DNA of 26,678 bases, taken from positions 1 to 26,678 of the forward strand of contig CAVVUS010000046.1 in the NCBI GenBank assembly GCA_963751345.1, in the 5' to 3' direction. The notes under the pieces were generated by a model that did not search any database, was not told the origin of the DNA, and was given only the letters and a program-made list of their open reading frames with translations. Position numbers and translations under genes: made by a program. This stretch comes from an uncultured Chloroflexia bacterium. Its GTDB lineage: Bacteria > Chloroflexota > Anaerolineae > B4-G1 > SLSP01. Position 1 is the first letter of the stretch. Each line of letters opens with the position of its first letter. This document shows, in pieces, positions 1 through 9,219 of this stretch.

Positions 1-16
1 CGCCGACCTTCCGCTG

Positions 17-982
17 GTGAAAACCTGGGCCGAGTGGGGCGAGGTATTCACAGACGTCGATGTGTGGGAGGAGGCTGTCCGTGAGATCGGCCGTCGCGTC
101 GGACTGCCCGTGCGTTCCATCAAGGCAGGCTACCCGGGCTCCAACGCCGTCTTCATCGTCAACCGCGGGACGCCGGACGCCGCCGCCGTCAAGATCTACG
201 CGCCGCTTTGCCCGGAGGACTACGACCTGGAGCGGGTTCTCCATCCCGTGCTGAGCCGCTGGCCCGAGATCGGTGCTCCGCGGCTGATGGCTGAAGGGAT
301 CCTCGGCGAGGGAGGCGCGTGGCCCTATGTCGTCCTGAGCCTGGTGCCCGGTGAGCCCATCCGCGAGGTGCGCGAGGACCTGCCGGACCGCGATCTCCTC
401 GCCGTTTCCCGCGATCTTGGCCACCGCCTTCGCGTGCTGCACGGGATCCCAATCGCTTCGTTGAGCTCGTTTGGGCCCGGCGCGTCAGATTGGCCGCGCG
501 TGGCCGAACGTCACCTGGCACAGACCATTGAGAAACTTCGGAACCGGAAAACGCTCCCGCGGGTTGTGCTTGACGCCGTCCCAGGCTTTGTGCACGCCGC
601 ACTGGAGGCCTCGGAAAACGCGGATCTGGTGTTGGTCAGCGGGGACGTCACCGAGGACCACGTGCTGCTGGTGCAACAGGATGGGCGGTGGTCGATCTCG
701 GGGCTGATCGACTTTGCCGACGCCATGATCGCACCGCGGGCCTATGAGTGGGTCGCGCTTTGGTTCGGGGCTCTTGATCGCGACGCCACGTGCCTCAACG
801 CCTTCCTGGAGGGCTACGGCACGGTGTCGTCGCAGACTCCTGCCTTCTACCGCAACGCGATGGCCTTTACCTTCCTGCACGAGTTCGGCGCAGAGATCAT
901 CACCGATGAGCTACGCCGGCTGGGTCAGCCCCCCCTGACTAATCTCTCAGCCCTACAAGCGGCTCTCTGGGAGCCCGACTGA
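17..982 (+). CDS. Aminoglycoside phosphotransferase (APH)/choline-kinase-like family protein; true start may lie upstream of the window
   Basis: GSNAVF Gly-loop-like segment, AVKIY lysine motif, WPYVV hinge, variant Brenner motif SGDVTEDH and GLIDFADA metal-binding motif. Confidence 0.8.
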   Translation: MKTWAEWGEVFTDVDVWEEAVREIGRRVGLPVRSIKAGYPGSNAVFIVNRGTPDAAAVKIYAPLCPEDYDLERVLHPVLSRWPEIGAPRLMAEGILGEGGAWPYVVLSLVPGEPIREVREDLPDRDLLAVSRDLGHRLRVLHGIPIASLSSFGPGASDWPRVAERHLAQTIEKLRNRKTLPRVVLDAVPGFVHAALEASENADLVLVSGDVTEDHVLLVQQDGRWSISGLIDFADAMIAPRAYEWVALWFGALDRDATCLNAFLEGYGTVSSQTPAFYRNAMAFTFLHEFGAEIITDELRRLGQPPLTNLSALQAALWEPD

Positions 983-1010
983 CCCTTCCTCCATTCACAA
1001 AGGAGACATC

Positions 1011-2257
1011 ATGAAGATCAGCATCCCCTGGCACGCGTGGTATGGCGATCACGACCTCGATCTGACCTTTCCCGAAGGCTGGCAGGCACAGGCCTATTGG
1101 CCGGACGACGGAGAGGACATCGGTGACGAAGGCATCGCAGCAGCCTTTGATCACCCTATCGGGAGCCCCACAATTGAGGCCCTGGCCCGGCAGACGGTCG
1201 CCAGGGGCGGACGGACTGTGGCTATCGCGGTAGACGATATCTCCCGCCCCACCCCGGCGGCGCGTATCATGCCCTTCCTCCTGCAGCAACTGGAGACAGG
1301 TGGCATCAACCTCGACGACGTCCGGGTGGTTCTCGGCGTCGGCATGCACCGCCTGATGGTCAAAGAGGAGATGCTGAAGAAACTGGGGCAGGCGACCCTG
1401 GACAGGGTCGACGTACACAACAGCTTCCCCTTCGAGAACCTTATGGACTTCGGGATTTCGGATCGTGGGACCCCGATCAAGATCAGCCGCCACTTTGGTG
1501 AAGCCGACCTCAAGATCGGCGTTGGGTTGATCACGCCTCACGGCGGCCCCGGGTTCGGCGGCGGCGCCAAGATCGTCTTCCCCGGTGTGGCAAGCTTCGA
1601 GACGGTTGCTTCAATGCACCAGCCCGACCGGCTGAAGACCGGGATCCTGAACGTCGACCACAACGAGCTTCGGGCCGACATCGAGGACATGGCGGGCAAG
1701 GTGGGGCTGGACGCGATTGCGCACGTCGTCATCACGTCACGCCGGGGCGTCGCGGGAGCGTTTGTCGGGCACTTCGTCGCCGCGCATCGCGCCGGGGTAG
1801 AACTCGCGCGAAAGGTCTACGCCACCGAGATGCCCACGGCACCGGTCGACGTCGCGATCTGCAATGCCTACCCGAAGGACACCGACTTTCTGCAGGCGGG
1901 CCTGGCACTCAATCCCCTCGTCACCGCCGCGCTGCTCCCGGGCCGCCCGCCGGTGGTCAAGAAAGATGGGACGGTCGTCATTGTTACCGCCAGCCCGGAA
2001 GGACGCGGGCATCACGCCCTTTACAGCCCGGGCATGATCTACGGACGCCGAGACGGCGACTGGCGCAGCGACCAGCCGGCCTTCGATGGGCGCCCCATCG
2101 TGCACTTCTCGCCCCACGTGACGCCACAGGACGCGCGGAATGCCGCGACCTTCCGGACGTGGGATCAGGTCATCGCGTACCTCGAGGCACGCTATCAGCA
2201 TCCATCCGTCGCCGTCTTCCCCTGCGGCGCGCTGCAGATTGCGGCTTCAGGGAATAG
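1011..2257 (+). CDS. Lactate racemase (LarA)-family nickel-pincer racemase/epimerase; 3' end approximate (ORF track runs to 2552, probably via an indel)
   Basis: SD AAGGAG before ATG 1011. LarA motifs DDISRPTP, GMHR, PHGGPGFGGGAKIVFPG, NAYPKD..LQ and terminal VAVFPCG. An out-of-frame TAG lies at 2255-2257 just after the domain ends, and the extension would overlap the next promoter and gene. Confidence 0.85.
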
Positions 2258-2362
2258 GGCGAAGGGTCAGCGACCCGGGAGTCTACCGGAGGTGAGAGAC
2301 GAGGCGGCGCCCGTCATCTATGTCAGCGGTAAACTGAGGAGCGCCCGCCACCGTGTTCCTTG

Positions 2363-2391
2363 TTGTCCCAGTCACCGTACCGTGCTACAAT
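2363..2391 (+). promoter_or_regulatory. Sigma70-type promoter for the DUF488-DUF488-OB-RecQ unit
   Basis: TTGTCC (2363-2368), 17-nt spacer, extended -10 TG-c-TACAAT (2383-2391), then SD GGAGG and ATG 2431. Confidence 0.7.
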
Positions 2392-2430
2392 CCGGGACAT
2401 GTGCCGCCGAGATGTGCAAGTGGAGGTCAG

Positions 2431-2928
2431 ATGACGCTGCCAGTGCAGGTATTCACCGTGGGCCACAGCAACCACGAGATCGAGCACTTCGTCGAGCTAC
2501 TCAAGCAGCACAGGATCGCCCTCGTCGTCGACGTCCGCAGCCAGCCCTATAGCCAGTGGGCTACACAGTTCAACCGGGAGCTGCTCCAGCACGACCTGGA
2601 GACAGCCGGACTTCATTACGCCTATCTTGGCGACCTCCTCGGAGGACGTCCGGGAGATCGGGATCTCTACGACCCCGGACAGGAGCGTCCCAACTACAAG
2701 CGAATGGCGGACAGCCCTTCCTATCTGGAGGGCATCGAGCGGCTTCTGGACCTTGCGGAAAGCCGGCACCTCGCAGTGATGTGCAGCGAGGGCGACTTCC
2801 ATCACTGCCACCGACATCTCCTCATCACACAGACGCTGGTCGAACGCGGGGTAGACGTTCATCACATCCAGCCGGACGGGTCACTGGCCGAGGGCACGCT
2901 CGAACCGGAACAGCTTTCGTTCTTCTGA
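2431..2928 (+). CDS. DUF488 family protein (canonical type) with C-terminal QLSFF
   Basis: TVGHSN, VDVRSQPYS, LGGRP and MCSEGDFHHCHR motifs; SD GGAGG just upstream of ATG 2431. Confidence 0.88.
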   Translation: MTLPVQVFTVGHSNHEIEHFVELLKQHRIALVVDVRSQPYSQWATQFNRELLQHDLETAGLHYAYLGDLLGGRPGDRDLYDPGQERPNYKRMADSPSYLEGIERLLDLAESRHLAVMCSEGDFHHCHRHLLITQTLVERGVDVHHIQPDGSLAEGTLEPEQLSFF

Positions 2929-2942
2929 AAGGGAACCTACCG

Positions 2943-3389
2943 ATGCCAATCGTCTACACCATCGGGTATGAGAGGAAACCGCTGTCGGTGCTCATCGCCG
3001 AGCTTCGTGGCGCAGGTGTCGATGCCATCATCGATGTCCGGCTGCGCAACACGTCGCATCTGGCGGGGTATACCAAGAAGGAGACGTTGGCGTTCCTGCT
3101 CCCGGAGGGATTCGGCATCGCCTACGAGCATCACCCGGAACTGGCCCCTTCCGGCGAACTGCTGGACACCTTCAGGGCGAAGGGTGGCGGGGATTGGTCG
3201 AAGTACGAGGATCGGTTTCTGCCCTTGCTTGCGGCGCGCGGCAGCGAGGCCGTCGGAGTAGCTCTCGTCGCACGCTACCGCGCGCCCTGTCTCCTCTGTA
3301 AGGAAGCCACCGCCGATCGGTGTCACCGGCGGCTCGTAGCCGAGTTCTGGGTCCATCACATCCCCGACCTCTCCGTCATCCACCTGTGA
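2943..3389 (+). CDS. Second, divergent DUF488 family protein
   Basis: YTIGYE, IDVRLRNTSHLAGYTK, HPELAPS and CLLCKEATADRCHRRLVAE motifs; ATG 2943 lies 14 nt after the previous stop. Confidence 0.85.
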   Translation: MPIVYTIGYERKPLSVLIAELRGAGVDAIIDVRLRNTSHLAGYTKKETLAFLLPEGFGIAYEHHPELAPSGELLDTFRAKGGGDWSKYEDRFLPLLAARGSEAVGVALVARYRAPCLLCKEATADRCHRRLVAEFWVHHIPDLSVIHL

Positions 3390-3431
3390 GCCCACCGAAT
3401 GTCTGCTTCTGCACCTACCAGGAGGCGCGCT

Positions 3432-4161
3432 ATGCCAACCCAGGAAGTGTTGATCCTCGCGATGACCAAGATGCTCAGTGGGATATGTACGGCGGGCTTT
3501 TCATGCGATCCGGCGCCGACGACCGGGCTGTGTTGGGTCCGGCCAACGCGTGAGTTCGATACCGTGCTGCCCGGAGACATGGCGGACGACGACGGCCGGC
3601 TGTTTGGGTGCGGCGATGTTGTCGAGATGTGCCTATTGGAGCCGCAGCCGCGAACCACCCCACGTGGAGGATTGGGTCACCGACTTCGTCTACCATCGCC
3701 CGAAGCTGCTTCGTCGATTGGAGGGCAAAAGGAGAGCCGAGTTCCTGGCCGGGTATCTGGATGAGGCGCCCGAAGAGGTTCTCTGCCTTCATACGCGCTC
3801 GCTCTGCCTGGTCCGGCCCCGCGATCTGTGGGCGCGCTTCTCGCTGGATCCCTATTCCGGCCGATACCGGGCCCGTATGGGCTTCACACTCGACTGCGAG
3901 CACCAACATCCTCGCGCGCAGAGCTCCCAAGGGTGTTCCGTGACCGATCTGAAGTGGCGAGCGCTGGGCCGAGAGTGGCTTGGCCCAACAGGTGGCGAGA
4001 TCGAGCTCCACGCCGACGACCTGGCAACCCGCCTGGGTGCCGAGGCGATCTATCTCACCGTAGGCTTGAGCCGGAAGTACAAGGGCGAGTACTGGCCTCT
4101 CGTCCACGCTGTCCACGTCGTACCCGACTACGCGGCCACCATCGACATGAGCTGCCTGTGA
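3432..4161 (+). CDS. Dual OB-fold-like nucleic-acid-binding protein (one +1 indel near 3651)
   Basis: SD AGGAGG before ATG 3432. Motifs LILAMTKM..G.CTAG...WVRP, then (after removing one C near 3651) PHVEDW, SLCLVRP, YRARMGF, SVTDLKW and YLTVGLSR, as recalled for DUF488-associated dual-OB proteins. Confidence 0.7.
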
Positions 4162-4170
4162 GGTGCCGAC

Positions 4171-5016
4171 ATGACTGAAAGCCTCCTCTCCGAGCTTGAC
4201 CTGACTCCCGATATCGTGCCCAACCTTCCGGGCCAATCGCGCACCCGTCTTCTGAACTTCCTTCTGAGATGGCACGCGACCGCTGAGCTGATTGCCTGTC
4301 TGGACATCCTTCTCGAGGAACGGCCCGATATGGTCTCGCTCTTGGATCTCGAGGCCAGGGCACTGGCTGCCGACGGTCGCTACGACGAGGCGTTGCAGAC
4401 GATGGGAGACCGTCTGCGGCTGAGATCAAGCGTAACTGCCCAGGGCTTGTTGGCCGACATTCACATGGCCAAGGGCGACGTCGGCACCGCGGAGGCCATC
4501 GGGCAGTCCCTGATCGACGAGGACGACAAGAGCTACACCGGATGGCGGCTGAAGGCCGAGGCGGCGCTCGCCCGCAACGACCTCGAAGCGGCAGCCGTTG
4601 CCAACCACCGGCTGGGAGAGCTGCGCCCCAACGGCATGCGCTACTTGCTCGACATGATGGACTTCTATCAGGCACGGCAGGATTGGGTGACGGCGAGCGG
4701 CTACGCCGTGCGCCTGCTCAACACCGTGGAGACACCCGAAGAGCTGCCGCCGGTCTACCTGGAGAAGCTCCTTGCCTACTTCAAGGCAAGCGGCGAGGAG
4801 ACGCGCGTTGTCGAGATCGGCGAGGCGCTTGACGCACGCTATGAGACGGAGCTTGCAGAGCTCAAAGAGGGGCTCGGGGCCTCGGGGGCGTCGCGAACGC
4901 CGCGCCTCCAGAGCGAAAGCAACACTCCCCTCCGCTCCGCAGGAGGGCTCTGCAAGTGTGCTGGCGCTGGGAGGGAGTGTCGCCGTTTCCGACGACGAGC
5001 GCGTCAGCATCAGTGA
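4171..5016 (+). CDS. Alpha-helical TPR-like protein/domain, probably the N-terminal part of the RecQ gene
   Basis: SD GAGGTG overlapping the previous stop; helical repeats ARALAADGRYDEAL, LADIHMAKGDVGTA and AEAALARNDLEAA; coding quality collapses after ~4930, where the RecQ frame becomes sensible. Confidence 0.65.
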   Translation: MTESLLSELDLTPDIVPNLPGQSRTRLLNFLLRWHATAELIACLDILLEERPDMVSLLDLEARALAADGRYDEALQTMGDRLRLRSSVTAQGLLADIHMAKGDVGTAEAIGQSLIDEDDKSYTGWRLKAEAALARNDLEAAAVANHRLGELRPNGMRYLLDMMDFYQARQDWVTASGYAVRLLNTVETPEELPPVYLEKLLAYFKASGEETRVVEIGEALDARYETELAELKEGLGASGASRTPRLQSESNTPLRSAGGLCKCAGAGRECRRFRRRARQHQ

Positions 5017-7286
5017 CGCAGTCCGCCAGACATTCGGGTTCACGCAGCTACTGCCAGGGCAGTTGGAAACGCTGGCCTGCGTCCTCCGCGGCGAGAACGC
5101 CCTCACGATCCTGCCTACGGGAGGAGGCAAGTCACTGTGCTACCAGGTGCCGGCGTTTGTGGCCAAGGAAGGCCTCACCGTGGTGATCTCGCCGCTGATC
5201 GCGCTGATGAAAGATCAGGTGGATTCACTGCCGGCTCATCTTCGCCCGCTGGCGACAACCATCAACAGCAGCCTGGAGGGCGACGAGCTGGCACGACGCC
5301 TCACGAACGTCGTGCATGGTGAGTACAGGCTGCTCTACGCTGCGCCGGAACGCCTCCGGCAGCCGGCCTTCTTGCACACGCTGCGCAGTGCCAACGTGAC
5401 AAGGCTGGTCGTCGACGAGGCGCATTGTGTCAGCGTCTGGGGCCACGACTTCCGGCCTGACTACCTCAAAATAACGGAGGCGTGGCGCGCATTGGGAGAG
5501 CCACCAATTCTCGCCCTTACGGCGACTGCCCCGCCCCGCGTGCGACGGGACATCATCCAGCATCTAAGCCCGGATCGGCCGATGGCTATGGTAACGGGCG
5601 ACAGCTTCCGGCCCAACCTGCGCCTGGAGGTCTTCTTCGCCGACAATCAGGATGGGAAGATCCGCCATCTGCTCGGCTTCTGCGAGGCCGCCGAGGGCCA
5701 GGGCATCGTTTACGCGGATACCCGGGCCAGGTGCGAGGAGCTGTCCAGGCTGCTGCGCGATCGAGGTATCAACGCCGAGCATTACCATGCCGGCATCGAT
5801 AACCGCAGCGACGTTCAGGAGCGTTTTATGGACGGGCGGACCCGGGTCATCGTGGCGACGATTGCCTTCGGGATGGGCATCGACAAAGCAGATATTCGGT
5901 TCATCGTCCACTACATCCCGCCACATTCCCTGGAGTCGTACTATCAAGAGGCCGGCCGTGCAGGCCGTGACGGTCAGCCCGCGCGCTGCCTGCTGCTATA
6001 CAGCAGCAGCGACCGCGGTCTGCTCACCCGGCGGATGCACAGCAGCATGCCCACCGTCGAGTTCCTCCGCGACGTCTACGCGACGGTCCAGCGGTACATG
6101 GGTACCAACGGCGTCGCGCGCGTCGCGGTGGGCGACCTGGAGCGTACGTTGCAGACCGACGATACGCGCGTTCGGGTCGCGCTAAGCATCCTGGAGGAGA
6201 ACGAGCTGCTCACCCGGGGGCCGGACATGCCCCGTAACACCTTGGTTCTGCTTCGACCGAAGCCAGATACGCCGGCAGGGGGCGATGGCTCGGATCGGAA
6301 CACGTTCGGCGCCTTCTGTGAGGCCGCAAGGCTCAGGCCCAACCAGTGGCTGCAGGTCGACCTTCTTACGATTGCCGAGCAGACGGCGATCGCGCCTGAA
6401 GAAATCGAGGAGCAGATCCTTTCGTGGGCCGACCAGGATTTGGCACTGTACCGGTTCTCGGGGCGCGACATGCTGCTCAAGCGAAGGACGGCGCCCGATG
6501 ACGTGGCACGGCGCATCCACCTGTGGCTCGATCGCTTCGCGACGATTCAGGAACAGCGCATCGACGAGATCTCGGCATACGCGCAGACAGGCCACTGCAG
6601 GCACGGGCACCTCAGCGCCTACCTCGGCGGGCGCGCAATCGATCAATGCGGTGCCTGCGACAACTGCATGGTCCTGGGCGAGACCCCGCAGGCCGACCTC
6701 CCCACCGAGCGGGAGCAACTGCTGGTGATCCTCGGCTGCCTGGACGAGACCGGGCATGGATGGGGCAAGTGGAGCCTGATACGCATCCTCAGGGCTTCCG
6801 ATCGGGCACCTGACAAGGGAAGGGGCCTTGACGCCTATGGCGCGCTTCGCTTCCGGTCGCAGGCCGCCGTGGAGGCACTACTTGAGCGTCTTCTGCACCG
6901 CGGCCTGCTCTCCACCCGCACGCTGGACAACGGCGGGGTCGTGCTCGAGTTGACACCCTCGGGCCGTGCAGCCATCAAGAACCCCGGCGTCCTCGACGCG
7001 CTGATTCCGAGGCCGCGCTCGCGAGTTGCGGAGACGCGGGTGCCCTACGGCGATGACGCTCTCTTCGAACGATTGCGCGCTTGGCGGCTTGAAGAAGCCA
7101 AGACCCGCGGCGTGCCGCCCTACACGATCTTCCACGATGCCCATCTCCGCGCGATCTCGGCTATGAAACCGGCCCTTCCGGATGCCCTACTGGAGATCAA
7201 GCGGCGTGGGCTCCCGCAAAGTGGGTGCCTATGGAGAAGCGATCATCGTCATCGTACAGGAATACCTCGACAACGCCCAGGACTGA
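4958..7286 (+). CDS. recQ: RecQ-family ATP-dependent DNA helicase with Zn-binding, winged-helix (RQC-like) and HRDC domains (+1 indel near 7202)
   Basis: LPTGGGKSLCYQ, SPLIALMKDQ, APERL, DEAHCVSVWGHDFRPDY, LTATA, ATIAFGMGIDK, QEAGRAGRDG, CRH..CGACDNC and HRDC LFERLRAWR..GVPPYTIFHD. The corrected C-terminus reads EIKGVGSRKVGAYGEAII..QD*. Start is either fused to 4171 or GTG 4958 after AGGAGG. Confidence 0.92.
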
Positions 7287-7358
7287 CCCGGCATGCAGGC
7301 TGATACCGGGTCCAATGGGCTCCTCAGTCCGGCGCCGTCTATTGGGAGGAAACGTACA

Positions 7359-8123
7359 ATGAAGCTCAACTCAGCCGCGGTCTTCGAACTCGCCGTCCTC
7401 CAGAACTGGGCCACACGCTTCAACTGCACGGTCGATGATTTTCGGCTGCCCGGCACGGTACTGATGCCGGAGGTGGAGTTCGCAGGATCTGGCGCCATTC
7501 ACATCTGGACCATCGGCGCTCGGGCCTTTGCTCGAATGGATCCAGCCGTGACATCCGTCGTCGATCAGGCGCTGGGGAGACGAAGGGAGACAGTGGCGTT
7601 GAACAAGGCGCTAATGCAGGCAGCCCTGGGTCCGGAGTCTGTCCTTCGTTCCGAGGAGAGCGTCCTCCGCTATCTGTACCCCCCGGATTTCAGGCGGACC
7701 GAGCCGCCCGATCCGTACGTCATCCGGACCCTCACGATTGATGACGCGGATGCGCTTGCCGCCATGAAGAGCACCTGTACCCCTGGCGAGGTCGACATGG
7801 GGGAGGTCTCTGTCGACGATGAGATCGGTTTCGGCTGTTTTGACGGGGACCGGCTCGCAGCCGTGGCGACCGGGTTCCGGCTGACGGGGTTCATGGACAT
7901 TGGTGTCTTGACGGATCCGGCCTACCGGCGCCAGGGGCTGGGCAAAGCCGTGGTCAGCGCGCTCTGTGCCTGGTGCATCAACCTGCCGGTGATCCCACAG
8001 TACCGCTGCCTGACCACGAATGTCGGTTCGTATGCTATCTCGCAGTCGCTTGGGTTCGAACTGACGTTGGGTCAGCAGAGCATCTATCTGAAGGCTCCTC
8101 AACGTAAATCTGGATCTCCGTAG
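7359..8123 (+). CDS. GNAT-family N-acetyltransferase
   Basis: SD GGAGG before ATG 7359; motif A IGVLTDPAYRRQGLGKAVV and motif B NVGSYAISQSLGF. Confidence 0.88.
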   Translation: MKLNSAAVFELAVLQNWATRFNCTVDDFRLPGTVLMPEVEFAGSGAIHIWTIGARAFARMDPAVTSVVDQALGRRRETVALNKALMQAALGPESVLRSEESVLRYLYPPDFRRTEPPDPYVIRTLTIDDADALAAMKSTCTPGEVDMGEVSVDDEIGFGCFDGDRLAAVATGFRLTGFMDIGVLTDPAYRRQGLGKAVVSALCAWCINLPVIPQYRCLTTNVGSYAISQSLGFELTLGQQSIYLKAPQRKSGSP

Positions 8124-8584
8124 TCCAATCCTCCAGCGGCGTTCTGGCGTCCGAGTGATAAATCTCGCGCCGCTCCCCAGTGACCCGATATCCCTGGGCT
8201 GCGCCCCACGTGCGGAGCGCCTCTGCCGTGGCATGGAGTGTCGTCGCATCTCCACGGTGATAGGCGACCAGCATCGGCGCGGGCTTCCAGCCACCGCACG
8301 CCTATCTCCCCTTCGATGGGGCCGGGAGCTTCCGCAATGGCCCATTGGACCTCGCACTGCGTCTCACCGGGATTCCCGTTAGGGCTGACGAAAAGGCAGC
8401 TGGGGGCTCCCTCCAGATGGTAGCCGTTCCGCTTTGCCCAATCGCGCACCATCCAGATGCGCGAGGCTGTATTGACGACGCCTCGGAACCGCGTATAGGC
8501 GACAAACCGTGCCTCAGACGTCTTGCCGACGAAAGGGATAATGCCCCCGTTGAACGATCTTGCCTGGCCCACCACTTGCTCCAT
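8035..8584 (-). CDS. GyrI-like small-molecule-binding domain protein (indel near 8280)
   Basis: Two GyrI-like halves: W..NGYHLEGAP..CEVQWAI, and AYHRG..LRTW...GYRVTGERREIYHSD..W.TEIQIYV; start abuts the stop of the upstream GyrI gene. Confidence 0.75.
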
Positions 8585-8586
8585 CA

Positions 8587-9070
8587 CTAGGCCCGGATCC
8601 CGTGGAGGAGCCACGTGACGTTGTTGGCTGAGGTGCCGTCCTCGAAATACAGATACCACTCCCACATTTCGTCGCCCTGCTCCAGACCCAACGCCTTCAT
8701 TCCCGAGGAAAGCGCCGCATAGGCCTCACTGAGGTGCCCGAGATCGCCACCGTAAATCAGCGAGGCGCACGCAAAGGGCGCCAACTCGGTCACCTGCGCA
8801 TCCCCAACCGGCGCCGTCCCCGGCGCGACAGGAAAGCCGATCTGGAGCGTGAAAGGCTCTGTCGTCCCAAGATAGCGGAAGAGGATGGGGCCTGCCGCGC
8901 GCACCTGTCCCGCCACCTCAGCCTGGGCGAGGCTGTCCATCGAGGTATCGATGGTCGAGCGCAGTTCAGCCATCGTCGTTTGGGCCTCAACGAAGAAATA
9001 GCTCATCTCTCGGACTGGACTGCGTGCGGACCTCTCCAAAGGTGACTTCCGGGTTCGCCATCGACGCCAT
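8587..9070 (-). CDS. GyrI-like domain protein (indel near 9010)
   Basis: SD AAGGAGG before ATG 9070; motifs GPILFRY, LQIGFPV, ASLIYGG..L.EAY.AL and WEWYLY are typical of the GyrI/AraC effector-binding fold. Confidence 0.8.
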
Positions 9071-9106
9071 AGCCGCCCCCTCCTTGTTGTAGTGTTGAAT
9101 TTGATC

Positions 9107-9141
9107 CCATCATAGCGCCGGCGCGTCTTCGGAGCGTCTTT
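9107..9141 (-). promoter_or_regulatory. Promoter of the GyrI-like genes with SARP-type direct repeats
   Basis: Minus strand reads AAAGACG-ctcc-GAAGACG-cgccggcgc-TATGATGG; AGACG repeats are 11 nt apart and the last lies 9 nt before the -10-like TATGAT. Confidence 0.7.
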
Positions 9142-9219
9142 TCGGCACGAGCACCGGGCCACTGTGGCGATCTCAGCCGTCTCGCGCTCTGCCATCGCGG
9201 CTCGTCGCGGTTGAAGGAG

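Noticed and set aside
2254-2330. Possible degenerate GTAG-type REP remnants (e.g. GAGAGACGAGGCGGCGCCCGTCATCTA)
   Set aside because: Too degenerate to support without genome-wide copies.
2340-2430. LexA/SOS box upstream of the DUF488-RecQ unit
   Set aside because: No convincing GAAC-N4-GTTC match; only half-sites such as GTTC at 2355 and imperfect GGAC-ATGT-GCCG.
2258-2552. C-terminal extension of the LarA ORF (513 aa in the track)
   Set aside because: It has no protein-like features and runs through a clear promoter and into the DUF488 gene. A missed stop caused by an indel near 2250 explains it better.
4870-4960. Programmed ribosomal frameshift joining TPR and RecQ
   Set aside because: No canonical slippery heptamer is seen, and the many other indels in the window make a sequencing error or separate start more parsimonious.
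9071-9195. Longer N-terminus for the first GyrI-like gene (track start 9195)
   Set aside because: It overlaps the promoter repeats. ATG 9070 has a strong SD and joins the domain after one indel.
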